A DNA stretch of 64,000 nucleotides from Candidatus Xenobia bacterium. GTDB taxonomy: Bacteria > Vulcanimicrobiota > Xenobia > Xenobiales > QWHO01. Made by a program: the position numbers and the translations under genes. Under the pieces are notes generated by a model. It made no database searches. It saw only the letters and a list, made by a program, of their open reading frames with translations, and had not been told where the DNA came from. This document shows positions 1-10,237 of this stretch, in pieces. The stretch lies in assembly GCA_045863235.1 (NCBI GenBank), contig BTUM01000021.1:42804-106803 (forward strand), given 5' to 3'. Position 1 is the first letter of the stretch; each line of letters begins with the position of its first letter.

Positions 1-318
1 GCTCCGCTGGTGCGCGAGAAGAAACTGCGGGCCATCTTCCTGGAGGTGAGCTATCCAGACGGGCGCAAGGACGAGGAGCTGTTCGGTCACCTGACGCCCT
101 CCTGGATGCTCAAGGAGCTGCACCAGCTGGCCGAGCTGGTGGACTCCAAGAAGCCGGCCAGGGCGCTGAGAGGACTGAAGGTGATCGTCACCCACATCAA
201 GCCCAGCCTGGAGGAAGGCCCGGGTCCGCGGACCCGGATCGCCGCTGAGCTGAAGGCTCAGAACGACCTGGGAGTGACCTTCATCCTGCCCGAGCCGGGC
301 CAGCGCTTCGACTTTTAG
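1..318 (+). CDS. 3',5'-cyclic nucleotide phosphodiesterase class II (metallo-beta-lactamase fold), C-terminal part; 5' end outside window
   Basis: Motifs LRAIFLEVSY..LFGHLTPxW...EL and VIVTHIK match the class II cAMP PDE C-terminus; frame open from window start. Confidence 0.8.
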   Translation, partial: APLVREKKLRAIFLEVSYPDGRKDEELFGHLTPSWMLKELHQLAELVDSKKPARALRGLKVIVTHIKPSLEEGPGPRTRIAAELKAQNDLGVTFILPEPGQRFDF

Positions 319-381
319 CGGGCAAAAACCGCAAACCTCGTTTTAGGCCGCCAGAATCGGTGGTCGGCGCACGACTGCCAG

Positions 382-1914
382 TCAGTTCGACAGCCCGATG
401 CCGGTGGTCGAGAGTTGCTCCGGTGAGAAAAGGTAATTCCCGGCGAGCTCGGCGCCCAGGCACGGGATGGGAAAGGCGAGCCGCAGGGCATCGCCGGGGG
501 AGAGCCACCTCGGGAGGGCCAGTTGCCAGAACGAGCGCGCGCCCTGCCCGCCACCCTGGAAGTTCACCACCAGGTGGGCCGAGCTCGAGGCCTCGTGGCC
601 GGCGTTGTCACGGGCGGTCACCACCATCAGGTAGCTTCCGTTGGCCACCTGCTGGCCGCTGGCATCGGTTCCGTCCCACACCAGCTCGAGGGCTCCGCTC
701 GGGGCGGGCAGGTCCTGCACTGTCAGCACGGGTGAGCCCAGTGGCGGTCCACCCTGACCTCCGCGGTAGATGGAGTAGCTGAGGCTGGTGGGCGGATTGG
801 TGGCGGTGGCCCGCACCCTGGCCTGCTCGTTCTTGTGCGGCTTGACGTGCTTTGAGAGCACGTCAAGCTCCACGCTCAGCGGCTGGGAGGACGGCACCAC
901 GAAGCTCCAGGTGGTGACCGTCTTGTTGCTGGGACTGATGGTGGGATCGTCGCCCACTGTCAGGGTGGCCGAGTGGGCTCCGGGCGCCAGGCCGGGTGGC
1001 AGCGGGTAGCGGATCGTGAGGATCTCGAAGTGCGGTCGGGTCGGATCGAGCGTCAGGTCGGTGTCGAACAGGAGCTGTCGGGTGACATCCTGTCCATCGA
1101 CAAGAAGCTGGATCTCCTCGATGTCGATCTGCTGCTGCCACATGTTGCCGTCTCCAGCCCGGATGACGAGCGAGCCATCGGCGACTTGGCCGGGCCCCGG
1201 CTGGAGCGAGAGGATGACGGGCGGGACATGCTCGGGCTCCATTCCCTGTGGCATAGGTGGCGCTCCGGGCAACCCCATCATTTGGACAACCAGAACGTGT
1301 GACTGGTCGCCGCCCTCGGTTCGAGGGAAAGCGCGGCGCAGAAAGCGCACGCTGTTCAGAAGCTCCACCGGGGGCGCGGAGCGACTTACCAACATCAAGG
1401 AATAGGCCTTGCAAGCGTACCAGCGGTAGTAACGTGGGAGAGAGTCCTCGGTGAAGGCGGGGTCGACCTGGCTCGAGGCCACCTGGTCGAGCGAGGGGGC
1501 ACCAATCTCTGACAAAACCTGGTCGGTCGCCTCGCGATAGGAAAGACCGCGGTCTTGCAACTGGTGCCTGCGGGCGATGAACCAGTAGCTCGAGTTCGGG
1601 AAGCGCGCCACCACCTGATCGGTCTCCGACCGGGCCCGATCAAGCTGACCTGCTTGGTACCAGATGTTGGCCATGCGGATCCGGGCCGCGGCCTCATAGC
1701 CGGTATTGGGATGTTCGACCGCAACTTGCTCATATTTGGCCATGGCCCCGTTCCAGTCGTGGACCTCTATTGAAGCGTTGGCGCTGGCGAAGATGGGCTC
1801 GCGAACCAGGGGACCGAAGTCGGAGTCATAGTCGGTCGTCTCGGGGAGTTGCCCCCAGACCGGCCGGATCAGGCCAGCAATGATCAAGAGCGCGAGCAGG
1901 AGTCTAAATCGCAT
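382..1914 (-). CDS. Secreted protein with TPR-like region and C-terminal FlgD-type Ig-like domain
   Basis: Signal peptide MRFRLLLALLIIAGL; TPR-like 'YEQVAVEHPNT..AA' and 'VVARFPNS'; 'LVWDGTDASGQQVANGSY' FlgD-Ig motif; overlaps the upstream gene end. Confidence 0.7.
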   Translation of the reverse strand: MRFRLLLALLIIAGLIRPVWGQLPETTDYDSDFGPLVREPIFASANASIEVHDWNGAMAKYEQVAVEHPNTGYEAAARIRMANIWYQAGQLDRARSETDQVVARFPNSSYWFIARRHQLQDRGLSYREATDQVLSEIGAPSLDQVASSQVDPAFTEDSLPRYYRWYACKAYSLMLVSRSAPPVELLNSVRFLRRAFPRTEGGDQSHVLVVQMMGLPGAPPMPQGMEPEHVPPVILSLQPGPGQVADGSLVIRAGDGNMWQQQIDIEEIQLLVDGQDVTRQLLFDTDLTLDPTRPHFEILTIRYPLPPGLAPGAHSATLTVGDDPTISPSNKTVTTWSFVVPSSQPLSVELDVLSKHVKPHKNEQARVRATATNPPTSLSYSIYRGGQGGPPLGSPVLTVQDLPAPSGALELVWDGTDASGQQVANGSYLMVVTARDNAGHEASSSAHLVVNFQGGGQGARSFWQLALPRWLSPGDALRLAFPIPCLGAELAGNYLFSPEQLSTTGIGLSN

Positions 1915-3729
1915 TGACGTCCTCCTTCCTGGCGTCGGGCAGTTCGCGAAGCAGCTCCTTGCCGAACGGACTCAGGGGAATTTTTCCGAACTGTCTCGAG
2001 CCGATCGAGGTCCAGTAGAGTCGGTAGACTCGCCAGATCTCTCGATCTTCATTTAGCCTCTCATTGCTGGCCCAATCGGTTTTAAATTTAATGAAGTAGT
2101 AATAATCGTTCTCCAATGCGCAGGCATCGTCGCAGGTTCGGTCCGCGTTGGAGGCGTTGGCGAGCAGCCAGGCCATCGGTCGGGTCAAGCCCACGATGGG
2201 ATTCCCGTTCCGGTCCACGCCTTGACCTGCCAGGAATCTCTTGTAATCGATCAGGACCTGCCGGTCGGTGTTGACCGGCGGCAAAGGGAAATAGACGGGC
2301 GCCTCCGGCGGTTTGCCTCCATGGGGAGCCGGTGCGCCGTAGCCGAGAAGCAGCGAGCCAGAGGGCATGGACTCGTAGAAGGCCCGACCCGGGGCAGGAT
2401 TCGCTGTGTCGAAGTTCTTGTAGTCGTTGAAGTTGCCCACGTCCAGGACCGAGCAACCCGCGAAGATGACCGTCCTGAGACCGTCATTCCAATCATCCGG
2501 GCTGAAGGTGACGCTCTTGTAACTCGAATATTTCGGGTCCGGGGCTGGATACGGCAGAAAGCCCCCGATCTCCGGGCGGATGAAGATCCTGGCAAAGTCC
2601 AGTCGTATTCCATGGTTGTGGTATCCCTCGCCGCTGAAGTAGAGGCTGGTGGCCTGGTTTTTCACCCTCAGCCAGCATCGTTTGGATGGAACGACTTTCC
2701 GGTAGGTCACGAGGAGGGTCTCAAATCCGGCCGCCCGGAAGCCATCCAATGAACAGGGAGTATCGAATTGGAATCGCTTCTCCTGAGTGGAACTTGTGGT
2801 GTCCTGTGAGTCGCGCGCCCACCCATACTGTTTCTCTTGCAACGCCAGTCGCCAGGCTTGATACTCCCGAGAGTCCTGCAGTTGCTCTCCCATACCGGAC
2901 ATATCGAAAAGTGTGAAACTATCACGCTTCTCTTCTATAAAGATTTTGTTATTCGTGCCCGGCATGGGAGTGCCAACGACTAGCGCCAGGCTGCCCTGGA
3001 ACGTGGAGAGACCATTCTTGGTGCCGATTTTGCGGAGCACGACGTCAGCTCGTTGATTGCCGCTTAGCACGGCCTCGACCTCGATCTCCTCGAGCTGGCT
3101 GGGGACCTTCTTCAGCCGAACTGTGACTTGCTTGGACTGGCCTGCTCCGCGCAGAAGAAAGCTGTTGTTTGGCTTGTCCAGGCTCAGCTCGACCTCAGCC
3201 AGTGCCAGTGGACCCTCAGAGCCGGTACCCCCCGAGGCGGTCGCGCCAGCACCGCCGCCGGCAATCGCGGTCTCCTCGGCGGCCTCCGTGGAACTAGCCA
3301 GCGGCCTCGGGAGTGTAGGCGACGTAAGGCTGAGCGGTGCCCTGGAGCTGGTTGAGCACGTAATAGAGGGTCGCCTGGTTCTCGACCTGGTGAACGGTGA
3401 ATTGGCGCAGGTGCGGAGAGTTGGTGTGACGAGGTTGGATCCGCTCGGGGCTGAGCTTGCGCGCCAGGATGGCGTTTCTCTGGGCTTCGGAGACGGCTGT
3501 GACGTCGAGAAAACCGCTGCGCACGTCGGCCGGGGTGATGAGGCTGAGGGAGACCGGAGTGGCTTTGAAGTTACCGCTTAGCCCCCCCCCCGAGGGTCGC
3601 ATTGTCGGGACCGGCTCCGGAGCTCGAGGCGCCCGGCTCATTGCCTCCACACTGGAGAGCGAGCAGGCAGGCCACCAGGACCGCCAGAAGTCTTGCTCGG
3701 ACCGGTTGATGCGCCCCACGGCTCTGCAT
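1904..3729 (-). pseudogene. Putative ~600-aa lipoprotein split over three frames (G10 tract at 3582-3591, second shift near 3300); C-terminal domain resembles caspase/gingipain-like (clan CD) fold
   Basis: RBS GGGGAGG then ATG at 3729 encoding MQSRGAHQPVRARLLAVLVACLLALQCGG; one fewer G joins it to the 3294..3719 frame; one fewer base near 3300 joins that to the open frame ending at 1904. Confidence 0.65.
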
Positions 3730-3914
3730 TCGACCTCCCCTGCCCCGAACTCGAGTTCTCAGGTTCTTCGACAGTCTCTATTGAATCGCTTTCCAGGCGT
3801 TGGAGGGTCAGGTCGTTCAATTTGGCCCGGCCGAGCGACCAAACACTTTTCTGAAGCGCGACCCTGACTTGAGTCATTGAAGCCTCGGTCACGTCGGCCC
3901 CCGCAACGTGCTCA

Positions 3915-3957
3915 TTGACCAGCGGCTCCACTTCGTGTATACATGGGCTATACGAAG
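3915..3957 (+). promoter_or_regulatory. Putative mazEF promoter with overlapping palindromic operator
   Basis: TTGACC (3915-3920), 17 nt, TATACA (3938-3943); palindrome TGTATACA and imperfect inverted repeat CTTCGTGTA..TATACGAAG just upstream of RBS GAAGGAG. Confidence 0.55.
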
Positions 3958-3965
3958 GAGTATCC

Positions 3966-4205
3966 ATGTTGGCGAAAATTCAAAAGTGGGGGAACAGCCA
4001 GGGACTTCGGCTCTCCAAAGACGTTCTGGCACTGGCCGGGATCGCCGTGGGTGAGGAGGTGGAGGTAACGGTCAGCCCTGGCGAGATCGTGCTCCACAGA
4101 AGACGTCCGAAGAGAAGCCTCGACGAACTCCTGGAAGCGATCCCGGAGGACTACAAACCTGGGGAGGTCGACTTCGGACCTCCTGCCGGTAAGGAGGCGT
4201 GGTAG
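3966..4205 (+). CDS. mazE: AbrB/MazE family antitoxin
   Basis: KIQKWGNSQGLRL N-terminus; SLDELL..I and 'DFGPPAGKEAW' C-terminus; overlaps toxin gene. Confidence 0.92.
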   Translation: MLAKIQKWGNSQGLRLSKDVLALAGIAVGEEVEVTVSPGEIVLHRRRPKRSLDELLEAIPEDYKPGEVDFGPPAGKEAW

Positions 4206-4537
4206 TGAGCTACGTCCCCTCCGAAGGGGACTTCGTGATGCTGTCGTTCGATCCGCAGTCTGGCCATGAGCAAAAGGGATGTCGACCCGCGCTGGTCGTT
4301 AGCAATACGAAGTTCAACCGGCGGACGGGAATGGCCATCGTCTGCCCGATCACGAACACGGATCGAAGCTTCCCATTGCATCTGGCCGTGCCGTCCCAGA
4401 GCAAACTGACCGGCTTTGTGATGGCAGAGCAAGTCAAGTCGGTCGACTTCGCCAGCCGGAAGGCGACTTTCGTGGAAACGGCTCCAGCCGTGTTCTTGCA
4501 GGATGTGCGTGAAATCCTGGATGCTTGTCTTCATTGA
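4199..4537 (+). CDS. mazF: PemK/MazF family endoribonuclease toxin
   Basis: YVPxxGD..FDPQSGHEQKGxRPALVVS..FN, CPIT, QVKSVD motifs. Confidence 0.93.
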   Translation: MVVSYVPSEGDFVMLSFDPQSGHEQKGCRPALVVSNTKFNRRTGMAIVCPITNTDRSFPLHLAVPSQSKLTGFVMAEQVKSVDFASRKATFVETAPAVFLQDVREILDACLH

Positions 4538-4627
4538 TGCGGGCGTTCGAGCGGGTTTTCCGTCAGCCCGAGCACCTGCATCTGTTCGAGGCCGCTCTGG
4601 CCTGGGACACCCCCGAGCCCCGTCACT

Positions 4628-6271
4628 TCAATATTCCGGAAACCAGGTGAAGGTCTTGATTGCCTCCTCCAGCTCCGGGTCGCTCAGGCTGCGCCCGAAA
4701 CCCTCGTCACGGGCGGTCTGGGCCACCTTGAATGCGATCCGCTGACTGATCTCGCGCAGGTCGCGCAGCCGGGGGAACAGGCTGCTCCCCTGGGAAGCGG
4801 TGTACTCGGCCAGTGAACGGGCTGCGGCCAGGAACATCGAGTCGGTGACCCGGCTTGCTTCGCTGATCAACACCCCCAGCCCGATGCCGGGGAAGACGTA
4901 AGCGTTGTTGCACTGTCCGATGACGTGCTCGATCCCCTCGTAAGTGACCGGGGCGAAGGGCGAGCCGGTGGCCACCAGGGCTCGTCCCTGCGTGTGGGTC
5001 AGGGCCTCCTGGGGGGTGCACTCGGCTTTGCTGGTAGGATTGCTCAGGGGGAAGATCAGCGGCCGCGGGCTGGCGGCGGCCATGGCCCGGAGGGCCGCCG
5101 GTGTGAAGTCTCCCGGATGGGCCGTGGTGCCGATCAGCACGGTGGGACGCACGGCCTGGATGATGCCCTCGAGGCTGACGGGCAGGGGAGTGAACAGCCC
5201 CACTTTCTGGTAATCCGAGATGGGCAGGGCCAGCTCTCGCTTGTGGGCCTCGAGGTCCTGGCGGGTCTCGCAGACCAGCCCTCTGGAATCGAGAAAGAGC
5301 AGCCGCCGCCGCGTCTCCGCCTCGTCCATTCCCTCGGCCAGCAGAGCCGCCCGCAGCAGCCCGCCGATGCCCGCCCCCGCCGCCCCCGCGCCAACGAGCA
5401 GGAATCTCTGCTCGCTCAGAGATTTTCCCTGCATCAAGACGCCTGTAAGGATTCCGGCCAGCGTGACCGCCGAGGTGCCCTGGATGTCGTCATTGAAGCT
5501 GGGCAGCCGCTGGGCGTAGCGGTGCAGCAGATTGAAGGCGTTGACCTTCTTGAAGTCCTCCCACTGCAACAAAGCCCCGGGGAAGACGTGGCGCACGGCC
5601 TGCACGAACTCCTCCACGAACGCGTCATAATCGGGACCGCGCAGCCGGGGGCCGCGATAACCGACATAGTAGGGGTCGTCGAGCAGGGCCTGGTTGTCCG
5701 TCCCCACATCCAGGCTGATGGGGAGGCAGAGGCGAGGGTGAATGCCGGCCCCGGCCGAGTAGAGGATCAGCTTGCCGATGGGGATGGCCATCCCACCCGC
5801 TCCCTGGTCTCCCAGGCCGAGGATGCGCTCGTTGTCGGTCACCACGATCAAGCGCACGTCGCGCTGGCGGAAGTTCTCGAGCCTCCGAGCGATCTCGCCG
5901 CGATCCTGGGGACACAAGAACAGGCCCCGGGGCCGGCGGAAGATGTGGCTGTACTTCTGGCAGGCCAGTCCCACGGTGGGCGTGTAGAGAATGGGCGTCA
6001 GGCTCTCGAGGTTCTCGATCAAGAGTCGGTAGAAGAGGGTTTCGTTGCGGTCGAGCAGGGCGATCAGGCCGATGTACTGTTCGAGCGGTTCGCTCTTGGA
6101 GAAGATGTGCTCGAACTCCATAGCCACCTGCTGCTCCAGGCTGAGCACAGAGGCAGGGAGCAGACCCTCCAACCCCAACTGACGCCGCTCCTCCATCGTG
6201 AAGGCGGCGTCCTTGTTTCGGGCCGGATCGCGCAGGAGTTGCTCGCCATCCGACCAGCGTGCTATGGGCAT
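4628..6271 (-). CDS. maeA: NAD-dependent malic enzyme
   Basis: YTPTVG, VVTDNERILGLGDQG, QWEDF, FNDDIQGT, GAGAAG, LSNPTSKAE, QCNNAYVFPG. Confidence 0.93.
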   Translation of the reverse strand: MPIARWSDGEQLLRDPARNKDAAFTMEERRQLGLEGLLPASVLSLEQQVAMEFEHIFSKSEPLEQYIGLIALLDRNETLFYRLLIENLESLTPILYTPTVGLACQKYSHIFRRPRGLFLCPQDRGEIARRLENFRQRDVRLIVVTDNERILGLGDQGAGGMAIPIGKLILYSAGAGIHPRLCLPISLDVGTDNQALLDDPYYVGYRGPRLRGPDYDAFVEEFVQAVRHVFPGALLQWEDFKKVNAFNLLHRYAQRLPSFNDDIQGTSAVTLAGILTGVLMQGKSLSEQRFLLVGAGAAGAGIGGLLRAALLAEGMDEAETRRRLLFLDSRGLVCETRQDLEAHKRELALPISDYQKVGLFTPLPVSLEGIIQAVRPTVLIGTTAHPGDFTPAALRAMAAASPRPLIFPLSNPTSKAECTPQEALTHTQGRALVATGSPFAPVTYEGIEHVIGQCNNAYVFPGIGLGVLISEASRVTDSMFLAAARSLAEYTASQGSSLFPRLRDLREISQRIAFKVAQTARDEGFGRSLSDPELEEAIKTFTWFPEY

Positions 6272-6370
6272 TGTCTGATTCCTGGGAGCGAGATCACAAG
6301 GAGCTTTCTCATGGGCCCACTCTACCCTGGCGGTCAGGGCCGGGCGATGATCTCGGTCAGTTGGAAGGCC

Positions 6371-6568
6371 TTAATCCAGGGTCGTCTCCAGAATGGTCTG
6401 CTGGTCGAGCAACACCACCCCGTTCTTGAGGATCTGGGCCGGCTCGGCTTCGCCGGACTTGTGGTCGGTGACGGCTCGATCGAGCGCGCGCTCGATGCTG
6501 GGAAAGGTGAGCTCGTCGATGATACCCTTACGGGTGAACTTGTAGACTACGGCCAAAGTTCTCTGCAC
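6371..6568 (-). CDS. Small hypothetical protein (65 aa)
   Basis: Protein-like composition; fills gap between malic enzyme and ALDH genes. Confidence 0.6.
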   Translation of the reverse strand: MQRTLAVVYKFTRKGIIDELTFPSIERALDRAVTDHKSGEAEPAQILKNGVVLLDQQTILETTLD

Positions 6569-6699
6569 CTCGCTCTGGTTCTATTGAATGACATTCAACC
6601 TCGCAGGGTCGATTCCTGCGTTTGGAGGGTCGCTTCCCGGAGCTGACGAAAAGGCCCACCGATTCACGCGATTTGACCAGCGGAAGGCGAGGTAACGGC

Positions 6700-8199
6700 A
6701 TGTCACTGGCTTCTCCCCCTACCCATCAGTTCAAGAGCTACATCGGCGGCGAATGGCACGACCCGGGCGAGGGCAGTCGGTCGGTCCCCAACCTCAATCC
6801 CGCCACCGGTGAGACGTTGGGCGAGGTGCTCCTGGCCAGCCGGGAGGACACCCGTCGGGCCATCGAGTTGGCCCACGAGGCATTCGAGCAGTGGCGGGCT
6901 GTGCCGTCTCCCAAGCGGGGCGACTACCTCTTCAGGGTGGTGCGTTTGCTGGAGGCTCGGCGCGAGGAGTTGGCCCGGGCGCTGACGATGGAAGAGGGCA
7001 AGGTGATCACCGAGGCCCGCGGCGAGGTGCAGAAGGCCATCAACGCGGTCGAGTTTGCCGCCGGCGAGGGGCGCCGATTGGGCGGCCACACGGTCGACTC
7101 TGAGCTGCCCAACAATTTTTGCTACACGATGCGCCAGCCGCTGGGGGTGGTGGGCATCATCACGCCCTGGAACTTCCCGGTGGCCATCCCACTGTGGAAG
7201 ATGGCGCCCTGCCTGGTGTGCGGGAATACCATCGTGTTCAAGCCGGCCACCAACACCCCCTGGACTGCCTGCCTGATGATGGAGGTGCTGCACGAGGCGG
7301 GCCTGCCTCCGGGCGTGGTCAACATGGTGCTCGGCCCGGGCAGCGCCGTGGGCGACGAGATCGTTACCAATCCGAAGATTCGCGCCATTTCCTTCACGGG
7401 CAGCACGGGCGTGGGCATGGACATCAACCGCCGCGGAGCCGAGCGGGGCATCAAGATTCAGTGCGAGATGGGCGGCAAGAATCCCATCATCGTGATGGAG
7501 GACGCCGACCTCGACCTGGCCGTGGAGGCCACCGTACAGGGTGCTTTCGGGTCTACCGGGCAGCGCTGCACGGCCACCTCGCGGGCCATCGTGGTGGACG
7601 AGGTGGCCGATTCTTTCGTCGAGAAGCTGGTGGCCCGCGCCAGGAAGCTGGTGGTGGGCAACGGCCTGAACGCTCATTCCGATCTCGGTCCCAGCGTGGA
7701 TCAGTCCCAGTTGGAGACGGTGCTGGAGTACATCGAGATCGGCAAGAAGGAAGGCTGCAAGCTGCTGCTCGGCGGTCACCGCCTGCAAGACGCCGAGCAC
7801 AGCAGCGGATTCTTCGTGGAGCCCACCATTTTCGATCAGGTCACGCCCACCCACCGACTGGCTCTGGAGGAGATCTTCGGGCCGGTGCTCTCGGTGATCC
7901 GCGTGAAGGACTTCGACCAGGCCATCGAGGTGGCCAACAGCGTCGAGTTCGGGCTCAGCTCCTCGCTCTACACCCGCGACATCAATCGGGTCTTCCGCTA
8001 CCTCGATCGCATTGAAACCGGCATCACCCACATCAATTCGCCCACCATGGGGGGCGAGGCTCACATGCCCTTCGGCGGGCTCAAAAACACCGGGTTGGGT
8101 GGGCGCGAGCAGGGCCGCGAGGCGATCGAGTTCTACACCGAGATCAAGTCGGTCTACATCGATTACACCGGCGAGAAGCGCACTTCAAAGGTTTACTGA
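6700..8199 (+). CDS. Aldehyde dehydrogenase family protein
   Basis: [23 protein letters not shown] (catalytic E), GQRCTA (catalytic C), EEIFGPV, PFGG. Confidence 0.95.
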   Translation: MSLASPPTHQFKSYIGGEWHDPGEGSRSVPNLNPATGETLGEVLLASREDTRRAIELAHEAFEQWRAVPSPKRGDYLFRVVRLLEARREELARALTMEEGKVITEARGEVQKAINAVEFAAGEGRRLGGHTVDSELPNNFCYTMRQPLGVVGIITPWNFPVAIPLWKMAPCLVCGNTIVFKPATNTPWTACLMMEVLHEAGLPPGVVNMVLGPGSAVGDEIVTNPKIRAISFTGSTGVGMDINRRGAERGIKIQCEMGGKNPIIVMEDADLDLAVEATVQGAFGSTGQRCTATSRAIVVDEVADSFVEKLVARARKLVVGNGLNAHSDLGPSVDQSQLETVLEYIEIGKKEGCKLLLGGHRLQDAEHSSGFFVEPTIFDQVTPTHRLALEEIFGPVLSVIRVKDFDQAIEVANSVEFGLSSSLYTRDINRVFRYLDRIETGITHINSPTMGGEAHMPFGGLKNTGLGGREQGREAIEFYTEIKSVYIDYTGEKRTSKVY

Positions 8200-8206
8200 A
8201 GACTCC

Positions 8207-8965
8207 ATGAAGTGGCTGGAATCCCCCCTCGAGCTCAGGGCCACCACCTCGGTGCTGCTCGGCTGTCTGGCCGCCTGGATGCTGGTCACGCTGGGGGTCG
8301 ACTCGCTGCTTCGGGCCCTGGTGAGCGGGCTGGTGGCCGGGCTTTTTGCGGCCCTGGGCGCCGGCCGGTTGCCGGCCGGTTGGGGGCTCTTCTCGGCCGG
8401 CTGCGCCCTGGTGCTCTGCTCTCGCCTGCAACCCCTCTGGCTGGGGGACGGCTGGCTGAATGGGGCTACCTGGATGCTGGCCGCCATCGTGGGCTGGCTG
8501 ATCAGTGGCTGGGCGGTGGATCAGATCTACCTGTGGGTCGATCCCTCCTCGGCCGAGCCCCCGGTGCCTGCCGAAGGCTCGCGCGGCCTGCTGGGCCTGG
8601 GCTGGATGGCGGTAGGAACGGCCCTGTGGCTTTTGATCCTGTTCCCGTCCTCGGCGGTGCTGGCGGTGCCGTTCAGCTTCCTGCTGGCCATGCGCTCGGT
8701 CTCCCGCTTCCGGCTGGCGCACCCGGGCTGGGCCGCTTGCGGCGCCCTGGTGGGGCTGCTGCTGGCCTTCCTGGCCCCGACCCAGGTGCTCTTTTCGCGA
8801 CCTGACCTGAGTCTCTACCAGGCCTACCCCAAGGGGATGACCCCCGTCTACCCCTACGACCTGGCTTTCCTGCCCCCGCCCGACCCCTGGTTGCTGGGGG
8901 GGCTCTTGCTGACCGGCAGCGTGGCCGGGTTCTGGTGCGCCCGCTGGCGTCTGGAGAGCCGTTGA
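8207..8965 (+). CDS. Hypothetical multi-pass membrane protein
   Basis: About 7-8 hydrophobic segments; ATG 7 nt after ALDH stop. Confidence 0.7.
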   Translation: MKWLESPLELRATTSVLLGCLAAWMLVTLGVDSLLRALVSGLVAGLFAALGAGRLPAGWGLFSAGCALVLCSRLQPLWLGDGWLNGATWMLAAIVGWLISGWAVDQIYLWVDPSSAEPPVPAEGSRGLLGLGWMAVGTALWLLILFPSSAVLAVPFSFLLAMRSVSRFRLAHPGWAACGALVGLLLAFLAPTQVLFSRPDLSLYQAYPKGMTPVYPYDLAFLPPPDPWLLGGLLLTGSVAGFWCARWRLESR

Positions 8966-9882
8966 GTCCGGCCCGCAAGCCCTCGCGCTCGGAGAGCATC
9001 CGCCCCCTGAGCCCGGCCATGGAAGACTACCTCAAGACGATCTACGCCCTCGAGCAAGAGCACGGCAGCGTCACAACCCAGCTCCTGGCTGACTGGCAGG
9101 GCGTCACCCCGGCTTCGGTGACCAACATGCTCAAGCGCCTTTCCGAGCAGCGGCTGGTGCACTACACCCGCTACAAAGGGGTTGAGCTCACCGAGAGCGG
9201 CCGCAAGGTGGCAGTGGAGATGGTGCGTCACCATCGCCTGCTCGAGCTCTACCTCAACCAGGCGCTGGGCTTTTCTTGGGACGAGGTGCACGCCGAGGCC
9301 GAGCGCCTGGAGCACTTCATCTCCGAGAAGCTGGAAGAGCGAATCGACGCCGCCCTGGGCTATCCCAAGATGGATCCGCACGGCTCGCCCATCCCCGCCC
9401 TGGATGGCACCATCACCGAGCAGCCGGGTCAGGCCCTGAGCCAGCTCGACTCGAGCCAGCGCCAGGTGGTGCTGCGGGTGGCCGACGAGGACGCCGGAGT
9501 GCTGCGCCGTTTTGCCGAGGTGGGCCTGTGGCCCGGGGTGACGCTGGAGGTGCTCGGTCGCACGCCCCGCTCTCGCAAGCTGCGCGTGGGCATGCGCGAG
9601 CTGGAGCTGGAGGAGTCTTTATGCGCCGGCGTTTACGTTCAGGATGCCCTGCGCGACTGCGGGGTGCGCCTTTCGGCCGACCAGCTGCCGGCCGGCAAGG
9701 CGGGACAGGTTTTCCGGCTGCGGGCCGGAGGTGAGCGCCTCAAGCGCCTGCGGGGGCTGGGTCTTGAGCACGGGCGCAAGCTGCGCGGTCAGGGTGGCAG
9801 CGAGCGGCTCAGCTTTACGACGGAGGCGGGGGAGGTAGAGATATCTCGCGACGAGGCTCGCTGCGTTCTGGTGGAGGTGTAG
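8962..9882 (+). CDS. DtxR/MntR family metal-dependent regulator with two FeoA-like C-terminal domains
   Basis: MEDYLKTIY, SVTNMLKRL, RHHRLLELYL, VHAEAERLEH, DPHGSPIP; two 'rl..lGl..G' FeoA-like segments. Confidence 0.9.
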   Translation: MSPARKPSRSESIRPLSPAMEDYLKTIYALEQEHGSVTTQLLADWQGVTPASVTNMLKRLSEQRLVHYTRYKGVELTESGRKVAVEMVRHHRLLELYLNQALGFSWDEVHAEAERLEHFISEKLEERIDAALGYPKMDPHGSPIPALDGTITEQPGQALSQLDSSQRQVVLRVADEDAGVLRRFAEVGLWPGVTLEVLGRTPRSRKLRVGMRELELEESLCAGVYVQDALRDCGVRLSADQLPAGKAGQVFRLRAGGERLKRLRGLGLEHGRKLRGQGGSERLSFTTEAGEVEISRDEARCVLVEV

Positions 9883-10237
9883 CCGCGGCCGGGTTGAGCC
9901 GCTTGGAGGTCTTCCAGGCGTCCACGATGGCCAGCAGCCAGATGCCCAGGCACAGACCGATCAGCAAGAGCCCGGGACCGATGGCGGTGATAGGGTCAGG
10001 CTGGTCGCTGTAGCCGGGGTCGGCCAGGGACACGATGCCGCTGTAGACGATGTAGAACCCCCGCGCCAGGTAGATCACCCCCGCGATCAGCGTGACGAGC
10101 GCGCCGCCCAGGAAGAACCCACCCTTGACGTATTGCCGGTTGTAGAACTGGCCGGCCCCCGGGAAGATCTTGGAGAGCAGCGCCGCCTTGAGCTGCGGCG
10201 TAAGCCAGTTCTTGGGCTTGGGGGTCTCATCGGACAT
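9815..10237 (-). CDS. Small membrane protein (PGAGQFY motif; TM2/DUF5683-like)
   Basis: AALLSKIFPGAGQFYNRQYVKG followed by hydrophobic helices and WLLAIVDAW. Confidence 0.7.
   Translation of the reverse strand: MSDETPKPKNWLTPQLKAALLSKIFPGAGQFYNRQYVKGGFFLGGALVTLIAGVIYLARGFYIVYSGIVSLADPGYSDQPDPITAIGPGLLLIGLCLGIWLLAIVDAWKTSKRLNPAAATPPPERSEPRREISLPPPPPS

Noticed and set aside
382..4537. Prophage or integrative element
   Set aside because: No integrase, transposase, tRNA target or flanking direct repeats seen.
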